Part shown: one piece after another, positions 10,436 to 20,567 of the stretch
Position numbering within the stretch: the first letter of the stretch is position 1
How the letters are laid out: the number at the start of each line of letters is the position of its first letter
IMG/VR virus record: IMGVR_UViG_3300009068_000023
DNA: 64,000 nucleotides
From: a virus
Reading direction: 5' to 3' (one strand)
Position numbers and translations under genes: made by a program
The notes under the pieces: model-generated
Database searches by the model: none
What the model saw: the letters and a program-made list of their open reading frames with translations, nothing else
Told to the model about the DNA's origin: nothing

Positions 10436-12607
10436 ATGACTATAGTAGCTGATTTTGCACAAACGTTTCTAGTTGACAGTAATGCGGTTCTCAAGTCACC
10501 ATACGTTTTCCTTTCTAAAATCGATTTGTATTTTAAAAATAAACCAAGTGCTGCGTCTTCGTCTCAGACAAGCACTGGTGGTGTTTCTGTACAGCCTGGT
10601 GCAACTGTTTATATTTGTGAAACAGAAAACATAAACAATATCGCTACTCCAAAGCTTAACACATATATTAAATACGGACGCGCCCGTGTTGAATATGCAA
10701 ATATTAACACATCAACTACTGGACAATCTGCTACAACGTTTAGATTTGATATTCCTGTACCTATTTCAACAGACAAGTTTTATGCATTCGTAATTAAATT
10801 AGATAGCGGCGATTCGCAATTTGCATTGTGGCGAAACAAGGCAGGAGAAACATACAACGAAACACAAAGCTCCCCTGTTACAAAAGGGGCATTAGATGGC
10901 CAGTTCTTTGTTCTTACTAACGGCACATCCTTAACACCTCTAACAGATACAGATTTAAAATTTAATATCTCATCAGCAGTATTTCAACAGACACCCACAT
11001 TATACAATGCTGTTAACAGAGATATGGAATATGTAACATTCTTTAAAGATTTCTCTACTGGTAGGTTAATAGGTGGGGAATCAGTGTTTTGTAATACCGG
11101 ATATGTCACTGCTCAAACTGTTGCCATTGTTGCAGGTAACAATATAGTTCGCGGAGTTAGTACTGTATTTACTACTAACTTTACTGCCGGCGATACTATC
11201 GTATTAAACTCTGGCAACACGAATATTATTCGTAGAATTAATAGTATTTCAAACAACACAACACTATCACTTTCATCACCCGTACCAGTAACTAATTCGT
11301 CGGCTAATTATTTAATAGCACCTACTGCAAGAGTAGTAGATTTTAACAAGCAAAAAGGATTTGTTATTTTAGGCGGCTCGAGTGCTAATTCTACCTATAA
11401 TTTTGCTGCTAATAGCACCAGCAATACTATAGTAGGGGAGCTTTCTGGTTCTTCAGTTAAAATTTCATCAGTTGAAAATTATCCAGTAAATCAATTTTTA
11501 TCTGAATTTAAAATTCTTGCTCCAGTAGACACTACTACCAATACGTACGTTAATTTTTCTAACTCGACATATGTAACAGTAGACAGCGATATAGAAGTTA
11601 GACAATTTAAAAAGACTAATGTAGTAGAATACAAAGCCTATTGCAGCTCAAGATCTAATGAAGTAAGCAATCCTGCGTTTCTTAATAATGATAAATCAGT
11701 TAATTTTTATCTACTATTTGATACTGATAATCCATTTCTTACCCCGGTACTCGACGAAGAAGATATGTTGTTTCATGCAACATCCGTCTATGCTGATGCT
11801 AATTACACAGACGAAGAATTACCAGGAAAAGGTAAATCAGCTGCAAAGTATATTGGTCGCGATGTAAGCTTAGCAAAGGGCGTTGTTGCGGAAGATATAA
11901 AAGTATATTTAACCGCACATCAACCAGCAGGCACTGAACTACAAGTATATGTAAGCTTCTATAATGATAACGATGGTGACATAAAAGATAATAAACTTTG
12001 GACCAGATTAAAGAATGTGTCTCCAGATAATCTGTTTAGCGCTGTAGATAATGAAAATGACTTAGTGGAACTAGAGTATGATCTGTCATATTATCCATTA
12101 TCTAGTTATGACAATACAGTCTCAGGTAGAGCAGTCACTGGTACATTCACTATTAATTTTGACGGCAAAGATAGCTATGCAGCTAGAACCTTGATAGGCA
12201 CTAGCGGGTTTATTAATGATGTGGTTAGTCCAGGTAATCTAGTAAGAATTTACAACCCGCTATTCCCGGATCAATCAGTTATTTCCGAAGTAGAAGGGGT
12301 GTATGAAAATAGAATTAGAATTACTAGAGATATAAATTATTATGTTAACGGTGATAGTGAACAAGATGCTATTAATCTTAAGCTTGCTTCATTTGCTTCA
12401 GGGGGCCTAGTAGTAGAAGTTCTAGACTACCCTGGCACTGCATTCAAAGACTATTTAAATTCTGGTAAACTAACTTATCACTCTAGTGAGCTGAGTGTTG
12501 TAGAAGGATATACAGCCTTTAAAGTTAAAATAATTTTAGTATCAGATTCTACTACTGGTTATTATCCGTCAGTAAGTGACGTTAGAGCAATCGCGCTATC
12601 CGTATAA
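10436..12607 (+). CDS. Structural protein, C-terminal segment of the DUF4815/VrlC-like protein
   Basis: AQTFLV..FLSKIDLYFK, DLKF and terminal FKVKIIL...YPSVSDVRAIAL motifs. Confidence 0.7.
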   Translation: MTIVADFAQTFLVDSNAVLKSPYVFLSKIDLYFKNKPSAASSSQTSTGGVSVQPGATVYICETENINNIATPKLNTYIKYGRARVEYANINTSTTGQSATTFRFDIPVPISTDKFYAFVIKLDSGDSQFALWRNKAGETYNETQSSPVTKGALDGQFFVLTNGTSLTPLTDTDLKFNISSAVFQQTPTLYNAVNRDMEYVTFFKDFSTGRLIGGESVFCNTGYVTAQTVAIVAGNNIVRGVSTVFTTNFTAGDTIVLNSGNTNIIRRINSISNNTTLSLSSPVPVTNSSANYLIAPTARVVDFNKQKGFVILGGSSANSTYNFAANSTSNTIVGELSGSSVKISSVENYPVNQFLSEFKILAPVDTTTNTYVNFSNSTYVTVDSDIEVRQFKKTNVVEYKAYCSSRSNEVSNPAFLNNDKSVNFYLLFDTDNPFLTPVLDEEDMLFHATSVYADANYTDEELPGKGKSAAKYIGRDVSLAKGVVAEDIKVYLTAHQPAGTELQVYVSFYNDNDGDIKDNKLWTRLKNVSPDNLFSAVDNENDLVELEYDLSYYPLSSYDNTVSGRAVTGTFTINFDGKDSYAARTLIGTSGFINDVVSPGNLVRIYNPLFPDQSVISEVEGVYENRIRITRDINYYVNGDSEQDAINLKLASFASGGLVVEVLDYPGTAFKDYLNSGKLTYHSSELSVVEGYTAFKVKIILVSDSTTGYYPSVSDVRAIALSV

Positions 12608-12615
12608 GGTAAAAA

Positions 12616-14154
12616 ATGTCTAGACCTATTTCTAATTTGCAAATTGCTACAGATACATTTTATGGTTTATATAATAAAACCAATCAACTACTAGGTGCGC
12701 TAACTTATGAAATAGTTACTACAAGTAACACTATTAATGGGGCGAATACTTCTGGCAATGCTAGTGTTATAGGTACGTTATCAGCGAATGTATTATCTAC
12801 CTCTGTTTTAAGAGGTGGTACTAGCGGCAACACTGCTAATATATCAACAATAACTGTAGGCTTAGCTAATTCTACAACATCATCGAATGTTAGTATTTCC
12901 GGATATGCTGCCAATATAGTAGCAAACACTCTTAACATTACTTCCAACGTAAGTATCTCTTCATCTAACACTTACATAATTGCTGATAGTGTGCAAGTAT
13001 TAAGCAACACTCAGATATGGGGTAATAGCACGGTAAATGTGCTACAGGTATACGGCAACAGCACAACAACCTTTATGACTGTTACTGGAGTCAATACAAA
13101 TATTAGAACTACTGGTTTTAATGTTAATAGTGTTTCTAACGTTACTGGTAATACTAATCTTAAAGCCAATACCACTGTTACTAATATATCCGTTAACGGA
13201 AATAATACCACATCTAACGTTACACTAACAGGTAATCTTGTTACTATTTCTAGCAATGCAACGTTTAGTGGCGGCTTAACATCAATTACAGGCAACTTAG
13301 CAGTCGATACCAGCACCCTATTTGTTGACGCGGTTACTAATTATGTTGGTATCGCAACATCAACACCACAGCACCCGCTACACGTAATTGGTACTGGTAC
13401 AACAGAAATATTTACCGTAGAGAATACAACAGACAACTCAGCCGTACACGTAACGTCAACAAATTCGTATGCAGGCGGTAATACAATTACTATTTACGCT
13501 GACACTGGAAATCAGTTAAGACTTGCATCCAATAACAATTCTGGTTCGGGTTATATTTTCCTTGCAGCAAACGGTAACGTAGGTTTGTCTAACAATGCAC
13601 CAGCTGCATTACTTTCTATTAGTAATACTAAAGTATATGCTAATGGTACTATTCAAACCGGCGGGGACCTGATCTGCTCAGGCGACTTATATGCAAATAT
13701 TGTATTCATGGGCGGCACTGATCAAAATACTGTTACTGCAACTGTATGCCCTATCGTGCCACCAAATACCATATACAGTTCTAATTCAGCCTTTGGCGGG
13801 TTAACTGGTCCTTATTCTTTCTTGCAGTTCTCTAATACTGACCCTCAAATTATAGATGCTATTAATAGCGAGCAGGGTACTGGATACCAAGCTGTTAAGT
13901 TTACTATTCAAGTGCAAGATAATGAGCAAATTAACGAAGTAGTAATGACAGAGGTCAATGTAGTTTATGGTTATGGCAATGTGCATTCAACCCAGTTTGG
14001 TACGATATATACAAATACAAATTTTATAGAAGTAGGTACCAGTGCTAATTCAACTGCTATCCTTCTAGTTGCTAATCCAACATCTGCATATCTTGCATCT
14101 AAGGGTGGAACGGCAAATCTTCAATTCAGAGGCGTAAGACAGAAAGTACGTTAA
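12616..14154 (+). CDS. Putative tail fibre/baseplate-associated beta-rich protein
   Basis: Asn/Ser/Thr-rich beta-repeat shaft, fibre motifs VGIATSTP and GNVGL..NAP, and a C-terminal globular domain. Confidence 0.6.
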   Translation: MSRPISNLQIATDTFYGLYNKTNQLLGALTYEIVTTSNTINGANTSGNASVIGTLSANVLSTSVLRGGTSGNTANISTITVGLANSTTSSNVSISGYAANIVANTLNITSNVSISSSNTYIIADSVQVLSNTQIWGNSTVNVLQVYGNSTTTFMTVTGVNTNIRTTGFNVNSVSNVTGNTNLKANTTVTNISVNGNNTTSNVTLTGNLVTISSNATFSGGLTSITGNLAVDTSTLFVDAVTNYVGIATSTPQHPLHVIGTGTTEIFTVENTTDNSAVHVTSTNSYAGGNTITIYADTGNQLRLASNNNSGSGYIFLAANGNVGLSNNAPAALLSISNTKVYANGTIQTGGDLICSGDLYANIVFMGGTDQNTVTATVCPIVPPNTIYSSNSAFGGLTGPYSFLQFSNTDPQIIDAINSEQGTGYQAVKFTIQVQDNEQINEVVMTEVNVVYGYGNVHSTQFGTIYTNTNFIEVGTSANSTAILLVANPTSAYLASKGGTANLQFRGVRQKVR

Positions 14155-14175
14155 TACGGCGGAAAGGGAAGCTAA

Positions 14176-16605
14176 ATGGCTGCAAATACTCAAGACTTTA
14201 GAGTTAAAAACGGTATTGTTGTTAATAATACTGCAACTATTGGAAATACTGTAAGTATATCTGGTAATGTAACTATTAACGGAAAGTCACTTATCATAGA
14301 TAATCCAACAGGGCTATCTATCAACGCCACAGGTCGTTCAGTCTTAGGAAACTCAGTAACCGTTTCTAAAGGTAATCTTACTGTAAGTAATGGTGCCTTC
14401 AGTGTAACGTCGGCCAATGCAACACAATCTACAGTCTTCACAGTAAACACAGAGACAGTAACAGTATCAGGGAATCTTACTGTTACTGGTATTGCAACAT
14501 TCCAATCAGCCCAAAGACTAGAGATTGGTACAGGAGACATTCTTCTCTATTCTGCTCTTACTGGCGCTCCGGCAGGTAATGCCTCTATCACAGTAAACCG
14601 CGGTACTAGTCCAGATGTTTATATTCTATGGGATGAAACTACTAGTACCTGGAAGTTTACTAACGACGGCACATACTTCTTTCCTATACGCACATACAGT
14701 GATCTAGTTTATTCGTTTGATACTTCTACTACTATGAGCACTGCTCCAGTAAGTGGAAGATTACGTCTTAACAATGCTAACTATTCTCTTGCTACTATTG
14801 TATCTTTCAGCTCTAGTGAGTTTGGAGGTAATAGTACTTCTAATATTTGGAGTGCTGTTGGAAGTAGTAGTAGTGCTAATAAAGCCCTTCTGTATATTAG
14901 ATCAAGTGAAAATACTAATGAATTTGCTGTCTACAGAATAACTAGTGCTGCAGACACAAGTGTAACTGGCGCAATTAAATTTAACATTACATATTTGGGT
15001 GGAGTTACTTCAGGCCTTACATCGTTAGAAAATGTAACTGTGCAAGTCTCTCTATCAGGCGATAAAGGTGAAGTAGGGTCAAAGGGCGATAAAGGTGATA
15101 TAGGTGTTACCGGGGCAAAAGGTGACAAGGGTGATACCGGCACAGCCGGCTCAAAAGGTGATAAAGGTGAGGTAGGTACTAAAGGTGACAAAGGCGATAA
15201 GGGCGATATAGGAACTACTGGTGGTAAAGGTGACAAGGGAGATACAGGCTCCGCAGGAAGAGAAGCTGGTATACCTTACACATTTAGTGTATCAACAACT
15301 GAAAGTGCTTCTCAACCTCCTATAGGTGGAGCTATTTTTAACTCCGCTACATTAGGATCGGTAACGTCTATTACTGTAAGAAAGGTTGACGGTAATATTA
15401 ACGACAGTAATAATTTGTTTAATGCGTTTGGTAGCTATGGCAATACTACTCTTAAAGGTTTGCTTACTGTACGTAATACAGCTAATACATCACAGACAGC
15501 ACTATTTAACGTTAGCAGCATATCAGAAGGTAGTCAAGCAACAAACAAATTATTCACAGTTTCAAATATTAATAACGGGTATACTGCAGTATTCCAGGAT
15601 ACCTCATCCCTACTATTTACATTTACTCCTAACGGGTTGGGTAGTAAAGGGGATACTGGTACGACTGGTACGGCCGGTTCCAAAGGTGATAAAGGCGACC
15701 AGGGGGCTAAAGGCGACAAAGGAGACCTAGGTTCTACTGGCACCAAGGGTGACAAAGGTGATCAGGGTGCTAAAGGTGATAAGGGAGACGCTGGGTCTAA
15801 AGGTGACTCAGGAACCAGCGGGCTTACTGCTGGTATAAACTATCTGTTTGATACAGGTACAACAGAATCCGTATCAGCTCCAGGTATTGGTTCACTTATT
15901 TTTAATAGCGCAACTCCTTCAAGTGTTACTGCAATTACCGTAAGAAATATAGACAATACTGGTGCTAACAATCAGCTCTTAATTAGTAATTACAATAACC
16001 TAGGCAATACTACGTTTAAGGGTTATCTTGAAATTACTAATATTGCTAATACTTCTCAAACCCTATTATATTCAGTAAGCAGCACTGCAGCAGGTAGCCA
16101 GGCTTATAATTCTAAATTTAATGTAACTAATATTACTGGCAGCTATAATTCACCATTTTTAACTGGTGCTAATCTTGCAGTACAATTTTCCGGAACTGGA
16201 TTGAGTATTAAGGGCGATAATGGTACTACCGGTGCAAAAGGTGACAAGGGAGATGCATTCACTACCCTTACAGCTTACACCGAAACAGTTAATACAGCTA
16301 CAGTCTCCACATCAACCTATAATATAGATTTAAGTCTATCCAATATCTTTAATTTAACTCTTGCTACTAGTGTAACGTTTACATTTACTAACCCACCAAC
16401 GGTAGGGTTTACAAAACCAGTAACAGTTATCTTAAAACAAGATGGTACTGGTTCAAGAACGGCATCATTTACAGGTGCTAAGTATACTGATGCAGTTAGC
16501 CCGGTGCTAACTACAACTGCTAATAGGTCTGATGTTCTTACATTCTTTACATTAGATGGTGGAACATCATATTTTGGTACTTTTGCTATGGCCAACGTCG
16601 CTTAA
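14176..16605 (+). CDS. Collagen-like tail fibre protein (GDK repeats separated by duplicated globular domains)
   Basis: Two long Gly-X-Y tracts (about 15058-15258 and 15640-15822) plus a short one. Duplicated AGI.Y.F...TTES domain. C-terminal LKQDGTGSRT...DVLTF domain common in fibres. Confidence 0.75.
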   Translation: MAANTQDFRVKNGIVVNNTATIGNTVSISGNVTINGKSLIIDNPTGLSINATGRSVLGNSVTVSKGNLTVSNGAFSVTSANATQSTVFTVNTETVTVSGNLTVTGIATFQSAQRLEIGTGDILLYSALTGAPAGNASITVNRGTSPDVYILWDETTSTWKFTNDGTYFFPIRTYSDLVYSFDTSTTMSTAPVSGRLRLNNANYSLATIVSFSSSEFGGNSTSNIWSAVGSSSSANKALLYIRSSENTNEFAVYRITSAADTSVTGAIKFNITYLGGVTSGLTSLENVTVQVSLSGDKGEVGSKGDKGDIGVTGAKGDKGDTGTAGSKGDKGEVGTKGDKGDKGDIGTTGGKGDKGDTGSAGREAGIPYTFSVSTTESASQPPIGGAIFNSATLGSVTSITVRKVDGNINDSNNLFNAFGSYGNTTLKGLLTVRNTANTSQTALFNVSSISEGSQATNKLFTVSNINNGYTAVFQDTSSLLFTFTPNGLGSKGDTGTTGTAGSKGDKGDQGAKGDKGDLGSTGTKGDKGDQGAKGDKGDAGSKGDSGTSGLTAGINYLFDTGTTESVSAPGIGSLIFNSATPSSVTAITVRNIDNTGANNQLLISNYNNLGNTTFKGYLEITNIANTSQTLLYSVSSTAAGSQAYNSKFNVTNITGSYNSPFLTGANLAVQFSGTGLSIKGDNGTTGAKGDKGDAFTTLTAYTETVNTATVSTSTYNIDLSLSNIFNLTLATSVTFTFTNPPTVGFTKPVTVILKQDGTGSRTASFTGAKYTDAVSPVLTTTANRSDVLTFFTLDGGTSYFGTFAMANVA

Positions 16606-16618
16606 GGAGGAAGGTAAA

Positions 16619-16942
16619 ATGGCTGTCGTAAAAATTCACGAAATTATTTTATATACTTGTGATTCAGTTAATTCGCTAGATGGACACGATCTTGCCGCAT
16701 GGTTAGATCATACAGATATCAAGTATGTTAGAATGCATTATAATAATACAGCAGTTTTAGATACAGTAATAAACAATCTTAACACGTGGTGGAAAGATAA
16801 ACAACTAACTGCTAGTTCCTGGCCATTCGTGACCTACAAAGAGGAGCATGACGATGGCAGACCTTCATACGCACTTACATCAAACTTTATTGAAGGTTTA
16901 CAGAACGTTAAAGATCAATTACCTGCTTTAGTGGCATTATAA
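16619..16942 (+). CDS. Small glutaredoxin/thioredoxin-fold-like protein lacking CXXC
   Basis: Strong SD AAGGAGG before ATG 16619. Pattern IILYT...WL....IKY...WPFV...FIEG follows Grx topology. Confidence 0.45.
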   Translation: MAVVKIHEIILYTCDSVNSLDGHDLAAWLDHTDIKYVRMHYNNTAVLDTVINNLNTWWKDKQLTASSWPFVTYKEEHDDGRPSYALTSNFIEGLQNVKDQLPALVAL

Positions 16943-16943
16943 A

Positions 16944-18518
16944 ATGCCTTTAGGTTTAAGAACAACACTCCGCCGAACTCTAGTTAACGCTGGATCAATT
17001 ACCTTAAACTCTGGTACAGGCAATCTTACATTACCTTTTGGGGTTGTAAGTATAAGTGGCACAGGTAGAGGAGGGGCAGGTACTGCAGGTACTGGCGGCA
17101 CAGGGGGCACAGCAGGCACAGCCGGTTCAGCAGGTAATCCTGGTAGTGCAGGTAACCAAGGCAACCCTGGTAATAATGGTTCGGGGGGTCCAGGCGGACC
17201 TGGAGGCCCTGCTGGAAATCCAGGTACTGCAGGCAACGCAGGAAATCCAGGGAATGCTGGTGGCGGCGGTGCTGGAGGTGCTGCAGCAAGCTCATCTACT
17301 AATTTGCAATATATGTCAGGTGGTTATGCGTATTACTATCAAATAGACTCTAAGGGTCGACCTGTAATAAACGGGTGGGGTAAAGCTGGAGAAACTTCTA
17401 ACCCAGGCCCTGGCGTATCTACAACCCCATTTAAGTGGCCATATAGTGACGGCGGGCCTGGTCTACCTGGAACAGCAGGCAACCCAGGCAGCGATGGGTC
17501 CGGCGCCGGCGCCGGTGGTGCTGGTGGTGCAGGTTCAAGTGGTGGTAGTGGTACTGCTGGCACACCAGGCTCAGCAGGTAATGGTGCTGGATCAGGAGGG
17601 CTAGGTAATGATGGCTCTCCAGGTAATTCTGGTACTTCGGGTAATTCAACCACGTTTAGCAATTATACTTTTCCTGGCACTTCTGGAAATAGTGGCACTA
17701 AAGGTAGCAAGGGTACTGATGGCACTGCTGGAAATAATGGTACTGGTGGTAACGGAGGTACAGCGGGATCTGCTGGTAACCCAGGAAATTCAGGGTCATC
17801 TGGCAACCCAGGTAACAATGGGACAGGAGGTTCCGGAGGGTCAGCAGGAACAGGGGGTGCTGGTGGTGGCGGTGGATATGGATATGTTTTTGGTAGTACT
17901 ACGGGCCTTTTTGGTGGGGCTGGTGGCGCCGGTGGTAGCGCAGACCCTATAGTAGGATCATCATATAGTGGCGGACCAGGTAATGCGGGAGTTTCTACAG
18001 CTACACCAGGTACCGGACAGGTCGTTGCCGGTAACGGTGGTACTGCATATGGGTTAGCTACTTTTGGTGCTGGTGCTATACGAAACGGTAATGGAAACTC
18101 TACAGGAGGTAGCGGCACACCGGCTAATTATACATGGGGTGGTGGGTCGGGATCAGGTGGAGCAGCTAGATGGGTAAATACTAATTCTAAAGCTGCTGGT
18201 GGTGGCGGTGGCGGTGGGGGCGCTGCATCAGCTAATCCAATTTCTGGTAATCCAGGAAATTCTGGTAATCCAGGTAATACAGGGAGTAGCGGAAATTCCG
18301 GTTCCGGTGCTAATCCAGGCAATCCTGGTAATAGCGGAAACCCTGGAGTTGCTGGTAGCGCTGGCATCCCTGGTACTAAAGGGGCTGATGGTACGATAAG
18401 TAGTGTTACCACTTCAAATTGGTCAGGTAAATTTAATTTAAAGCAGAATGTTCCTTACTCAGTGGGTAGTGGTCCGGGCGGCGCCGGTCAAATAACTATT
18501 ACATGGACTAGACAATGA
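16944..18518 (+). CDS. Glycine-rich (G-X-X, GNP/GTA/GSA) putative adhesin, polyglycine-II type
   Basis: Mostly Gly-X-X triplets with aromatic-rich inserts. Termini LTLPFGVVSI...GRGG and GGAGQITITW resemble glycine-rich adhesin domains. Confidence 0.65.
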   Translation: MPLGLRTTLRRTLVNAGSITLNSGTGNLTLPFGVVSISGTGRGGAGTAGTGGTGGTAGTAGSAGNPGSAGNQGNPGNNGSGGPGGPGGPAGNPGTAGNAGNPGNAGGGGAGGAAASSSTNLQYMSGGYAYYYQIDSKGRPVINGWGKAGETSNPGPGVSTTPFKWPYSDGGPGLPGTAGNPGSDGSGAGAGGAGGAGSSGGSGTAGTPGSAGNGAGSGGLGNDGSPGNSGTSGNSTTFSNYTFPGTSGNSGTKGSKGTDGTAGNNGTGGNGGTAGSAGNPGNSGSSGNPGNNGTGGSGGSAGTGGAGGGGGYGYVFGSTTGLFGGAGGAGGSADPIVGSSYSGGPGNAGVSTATPGTGQVVAGNGGTAYGLATFGAGAIRNGNGNSTGGSGTPANYTWGGGSGSGGAARWVNTNSKAAGGGGGGGGAASANPISGNPGNSGNPGNTGSSGNSGSGANPGNPGNSGNPGVAGSAGIPGTKGADGTISSVTTSNWSGKFNLKQNVPYSVGSGPGGAGQITITWTRQ

Positions 18519-18778
18519 ATTATACGTTCACATATAAAATTATAAAAGCAGATGTTACTTCAGGTAATATGCTTGTTAAGTACACCCCGCTTGATGGTGA
18601 ATTAACTGCGATTACTCTTAACATCAGTGTTGTTTTTGATGAAAACAACAATCCTATTCCTTTGGAGCAATTAATAGAAATGTATGCACCACAGGCTCAA
18701 TGGGCTGCTCAAGCATATATCAAAGATAATTATGAAGATTTAATTAATAAAACTGGAAATATAACCCCTACTCTGTGA
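18515..18778 (+). CDS. Hypothetical protein
   Basis: 87-aa ORF with ATGA overlap to the upstream gene. Confidence 0.65.
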   Translation: MNYTFTYKIIKADVTSGNMLVKYTPLDGELTAITLNISVVFDENNNPIPLEQLIEMYAPQAQWAAQAYIKDNYEDLINKTGNITPTL

Positions 18779-18785
18779 GATTTTT

Positions 18786-19367
18786 ATGAATGATTTTATT
18801 GGTGTATATGATGATGTGGTAACCCCAGAATACTGTGATAGTCTTATAAACTATTTTAAATGGTGTAAGGATAATAATAGGACTTGGAATAGGGATGAAT
18901 GTAGTACCCTGTCCAAAGAGGATGTTTCTACCACTCTTAATCCTATGAAGCAGACCGAAATTAATTTTAGTTATGATAATTTAGGGGGGTTTATAGCTGA
19001 ATTTAATGAAGTATTTTGGAAAAATAGCTATAAACAGTATACTACAAAGTATGATATTCTTAATACGTTTAATAATCATACTATTTATTCTTATAAATTA
19101 CAAGAAACAGAACCGTCTCAAGGGTATCATGTGTGGCATAGCGAGCAAGGATCGCTAGAATATAGTAGAAGAATAGCAGCGTACATTTTGTATTTGAATG
19201 ATGTTATTGAAGGTGGGGAAACAGAATTTTTATATTTAAGTAAGCGTATTGCAGCGAAAAGAGGAAGACTAGTTATATTCCCTGCAGGTTATACCCACAC
19301 CCATCGTGGCAATCCCCCCTTATCTGGCACAAAGTATATTATGACAGGATGGGTGGAGTATTCATAA
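18786..19367 (+). CDS. 2OG-Fe(II) oxygenase (prolyl-4-hydroxylase-like superfamily)
   Basis: Motifs HVWHSE, YLNDVIEGGETEF and FPAGYTHTHRGNPPLSGTKYIMTGW. Confidence 0.9.
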   Translation: MNDFIGVYDDVVTPEYCDSLINYFKWCKDNNRTWNRDECSTLSKEDVSTTLNPMKQTEINFSYDNLGGFIAEFNEVFWKNSYKQYTTKYDILNTFNNHTIYSYKLQETEPSQGYHVWHSEQGSLEYSRRIAAYILYLNDVIEGGETEFLYLSKRIAAKRGRLVIFPAGYTHTHRGNPPLSGTKYIMTGWVEYS

Positions 19368-19966
19368 TGTCTCTTTATAGCTTCTTACCGGCATCAGCTA
19401 GAAAAACTGCATATGAGCCATTTATTACCTGGAGAGAAGCTTTTGATGCAAGACAGGTCTCAGATATAATTAACATGTGCGAAAAGCTACCTGCATCAGA
19501 TGGTATTGTGGGAGGGCTTAAAGGTGATGTTAATACTCAAATTAGAGTCTCAAAAACTGCGTGGTTAGACAATTCAGAGCCTCATCAGTGGATATATGAA
19601 AAAATGGCTTTTTTGGCCAGAAGTATTAATAGTGATTTCTACAGATTTAATCTCTACGGGTTTGTAGAAGATATGCAGTATACGATATATACTGGAGATG
19701 AGGAAAGCCATTATACCTGGCATATAGACGCTGGTAAAAATACTGATTGTGCTAGAAAGCTTTCTTTGGTATTACAGCTTTCAGATCCTGAAGAGTACGA
19801 AGGTGGCGATTTAGAGATATTAACTGGTCCAGAACCTCTTACAGTGGATAAAGAAAAAGGAATGCTGGCTGCCTTTCCTAGTTATGTCCTGCATAGAGTG
19901 ACGCCAGTAACAAAAGGAATAAGAAGATCTTTGGTAGTATGGGTTGCAGGACCTGACTTTATATAG
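19367..19966 (+). CDS. 2OG-Fe(II) oxygenase (PKHD/P4H-like)
   Basis: Motifs YTWHID, KLSLVLQLSDPEEYEGGDL and FPSYVLHRVTPVTKGIRRSLVVW. Start placed at the TAATG overlap (19367). Confidence 0.9.
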   Translation: MSLYSFLPASARKTAYEPFITWREAFDARQVSDIINMCEKLPASDGIVGGLKGDVNTQIRVSKTAWLDNSEPHQWIYEKMAFLARSINSDFYRFNLYGFVEDMQYTIYTGDEESHYTWHIDAGKNTDCARKLSLVLQLSDPEEYEGGDLEILTGPEPLTVDKEKGMLAAFPSYVLHRVTPVTKGIRRSLVVWVAGPDFI

Positions 19967-19969
19967 TCT

Positions 19970-19977
19970 TATAAATA
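19970..19977 (+). promoter_or_regulatory. T4-type late promoter TATAAATA
   Basis: Exact consensus, intergenic, about 22 nt before ATG 20000. gp55 is present in the window. Confidence 0.8.
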
Positions 19978-19999
19978 AGAAAAACAACACTCTACCATC

Positions 20000-20329
20000 A
20001 TGGCCACTAAAGCAAATCTTATAATAGATCAGGGAGCATCATACAGCACCAATATCGATATTCTCGATGAAAATGGTGTTGCTATAGATTTGACTAATTA
20101 TACTGGTGCTGCTCAGATGAGAAAGCATTATACATCGTCAAACTCAATTAGTTTTAGCGTTAGTTTAGATGGTGCTGACGGCACGGTTACATTATCGTTA
20201 TCTGCAAATGCTACTGCTAATATAGCATCTGGTAGATATGTTTATGACGTAGAATTAACATCCAGCTCTGGTGTAGTCTCTAGAGTACTAGAAGGTATAG
20301 TTACAGTAACCCCTAACGTTACGAGATAA
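20000..20329 (+). CDS. Small Ig-like virion structural protein
   Basis: NLIIDQGA...DLTNYTGAAQMRK...GRYVYDVEL...RVLEGIVTVTPNVTR, a type common in T4-like phage tail regions. Confidence 0.7.
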   Translation: MATKANLIIDQGASYSTNIDILDENGVAIDLTNYTGAAQMRKHYTSSNSISFSVSLDGADGTVTLSLSANATANIASGRYVYDVELTSSSGVVSRVLEGIVTVTPNVTR

Positions 20330-20330
20330 T

Positions 20331-20567
20331 ATGACTACCAATATTAAAGCTGTAGTTAAGCAGAACAACCAGCTTCTAACGCAGCAATCAACACTTACTT
20401 TAAAAAACACGCTTAAGGACCAAATTACCATTCGCGAATTAGCTAACGTTGTAGAGGGAACTCCACAAGACGGTGATGCAATAGTCTACAATTCAAGTTT
20501 AAATAAATATGAGGTAAAACCGGTTACAACAATTTCAATATCAGGATTGGACGGGGGAACCTTCTAA
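20331..20567 (+). CDS. Small virion protein ending in LDGGTF
   Basis: 78 aa; L.NV...PQDGDAIVYNS...Y fibre motif. Confidence 0.6.
   Translation: MTTNIKAVVKQNNQLLTQQSTLTLKNTLKDQITIRELANVVEGTPQDGDAIVYNSSLNKYEVKPVTTISISGLDGGTF

Noticed and set aside
16556-16618. Longer GTG/ATG starts given by the ORF track for 16556, 19349 and 63114
   Set aside because: They overlap upstream genes. Downstream ATGs (16619, 19367, 63156) fit better by SD, stop-start coupling or lack of overlap.
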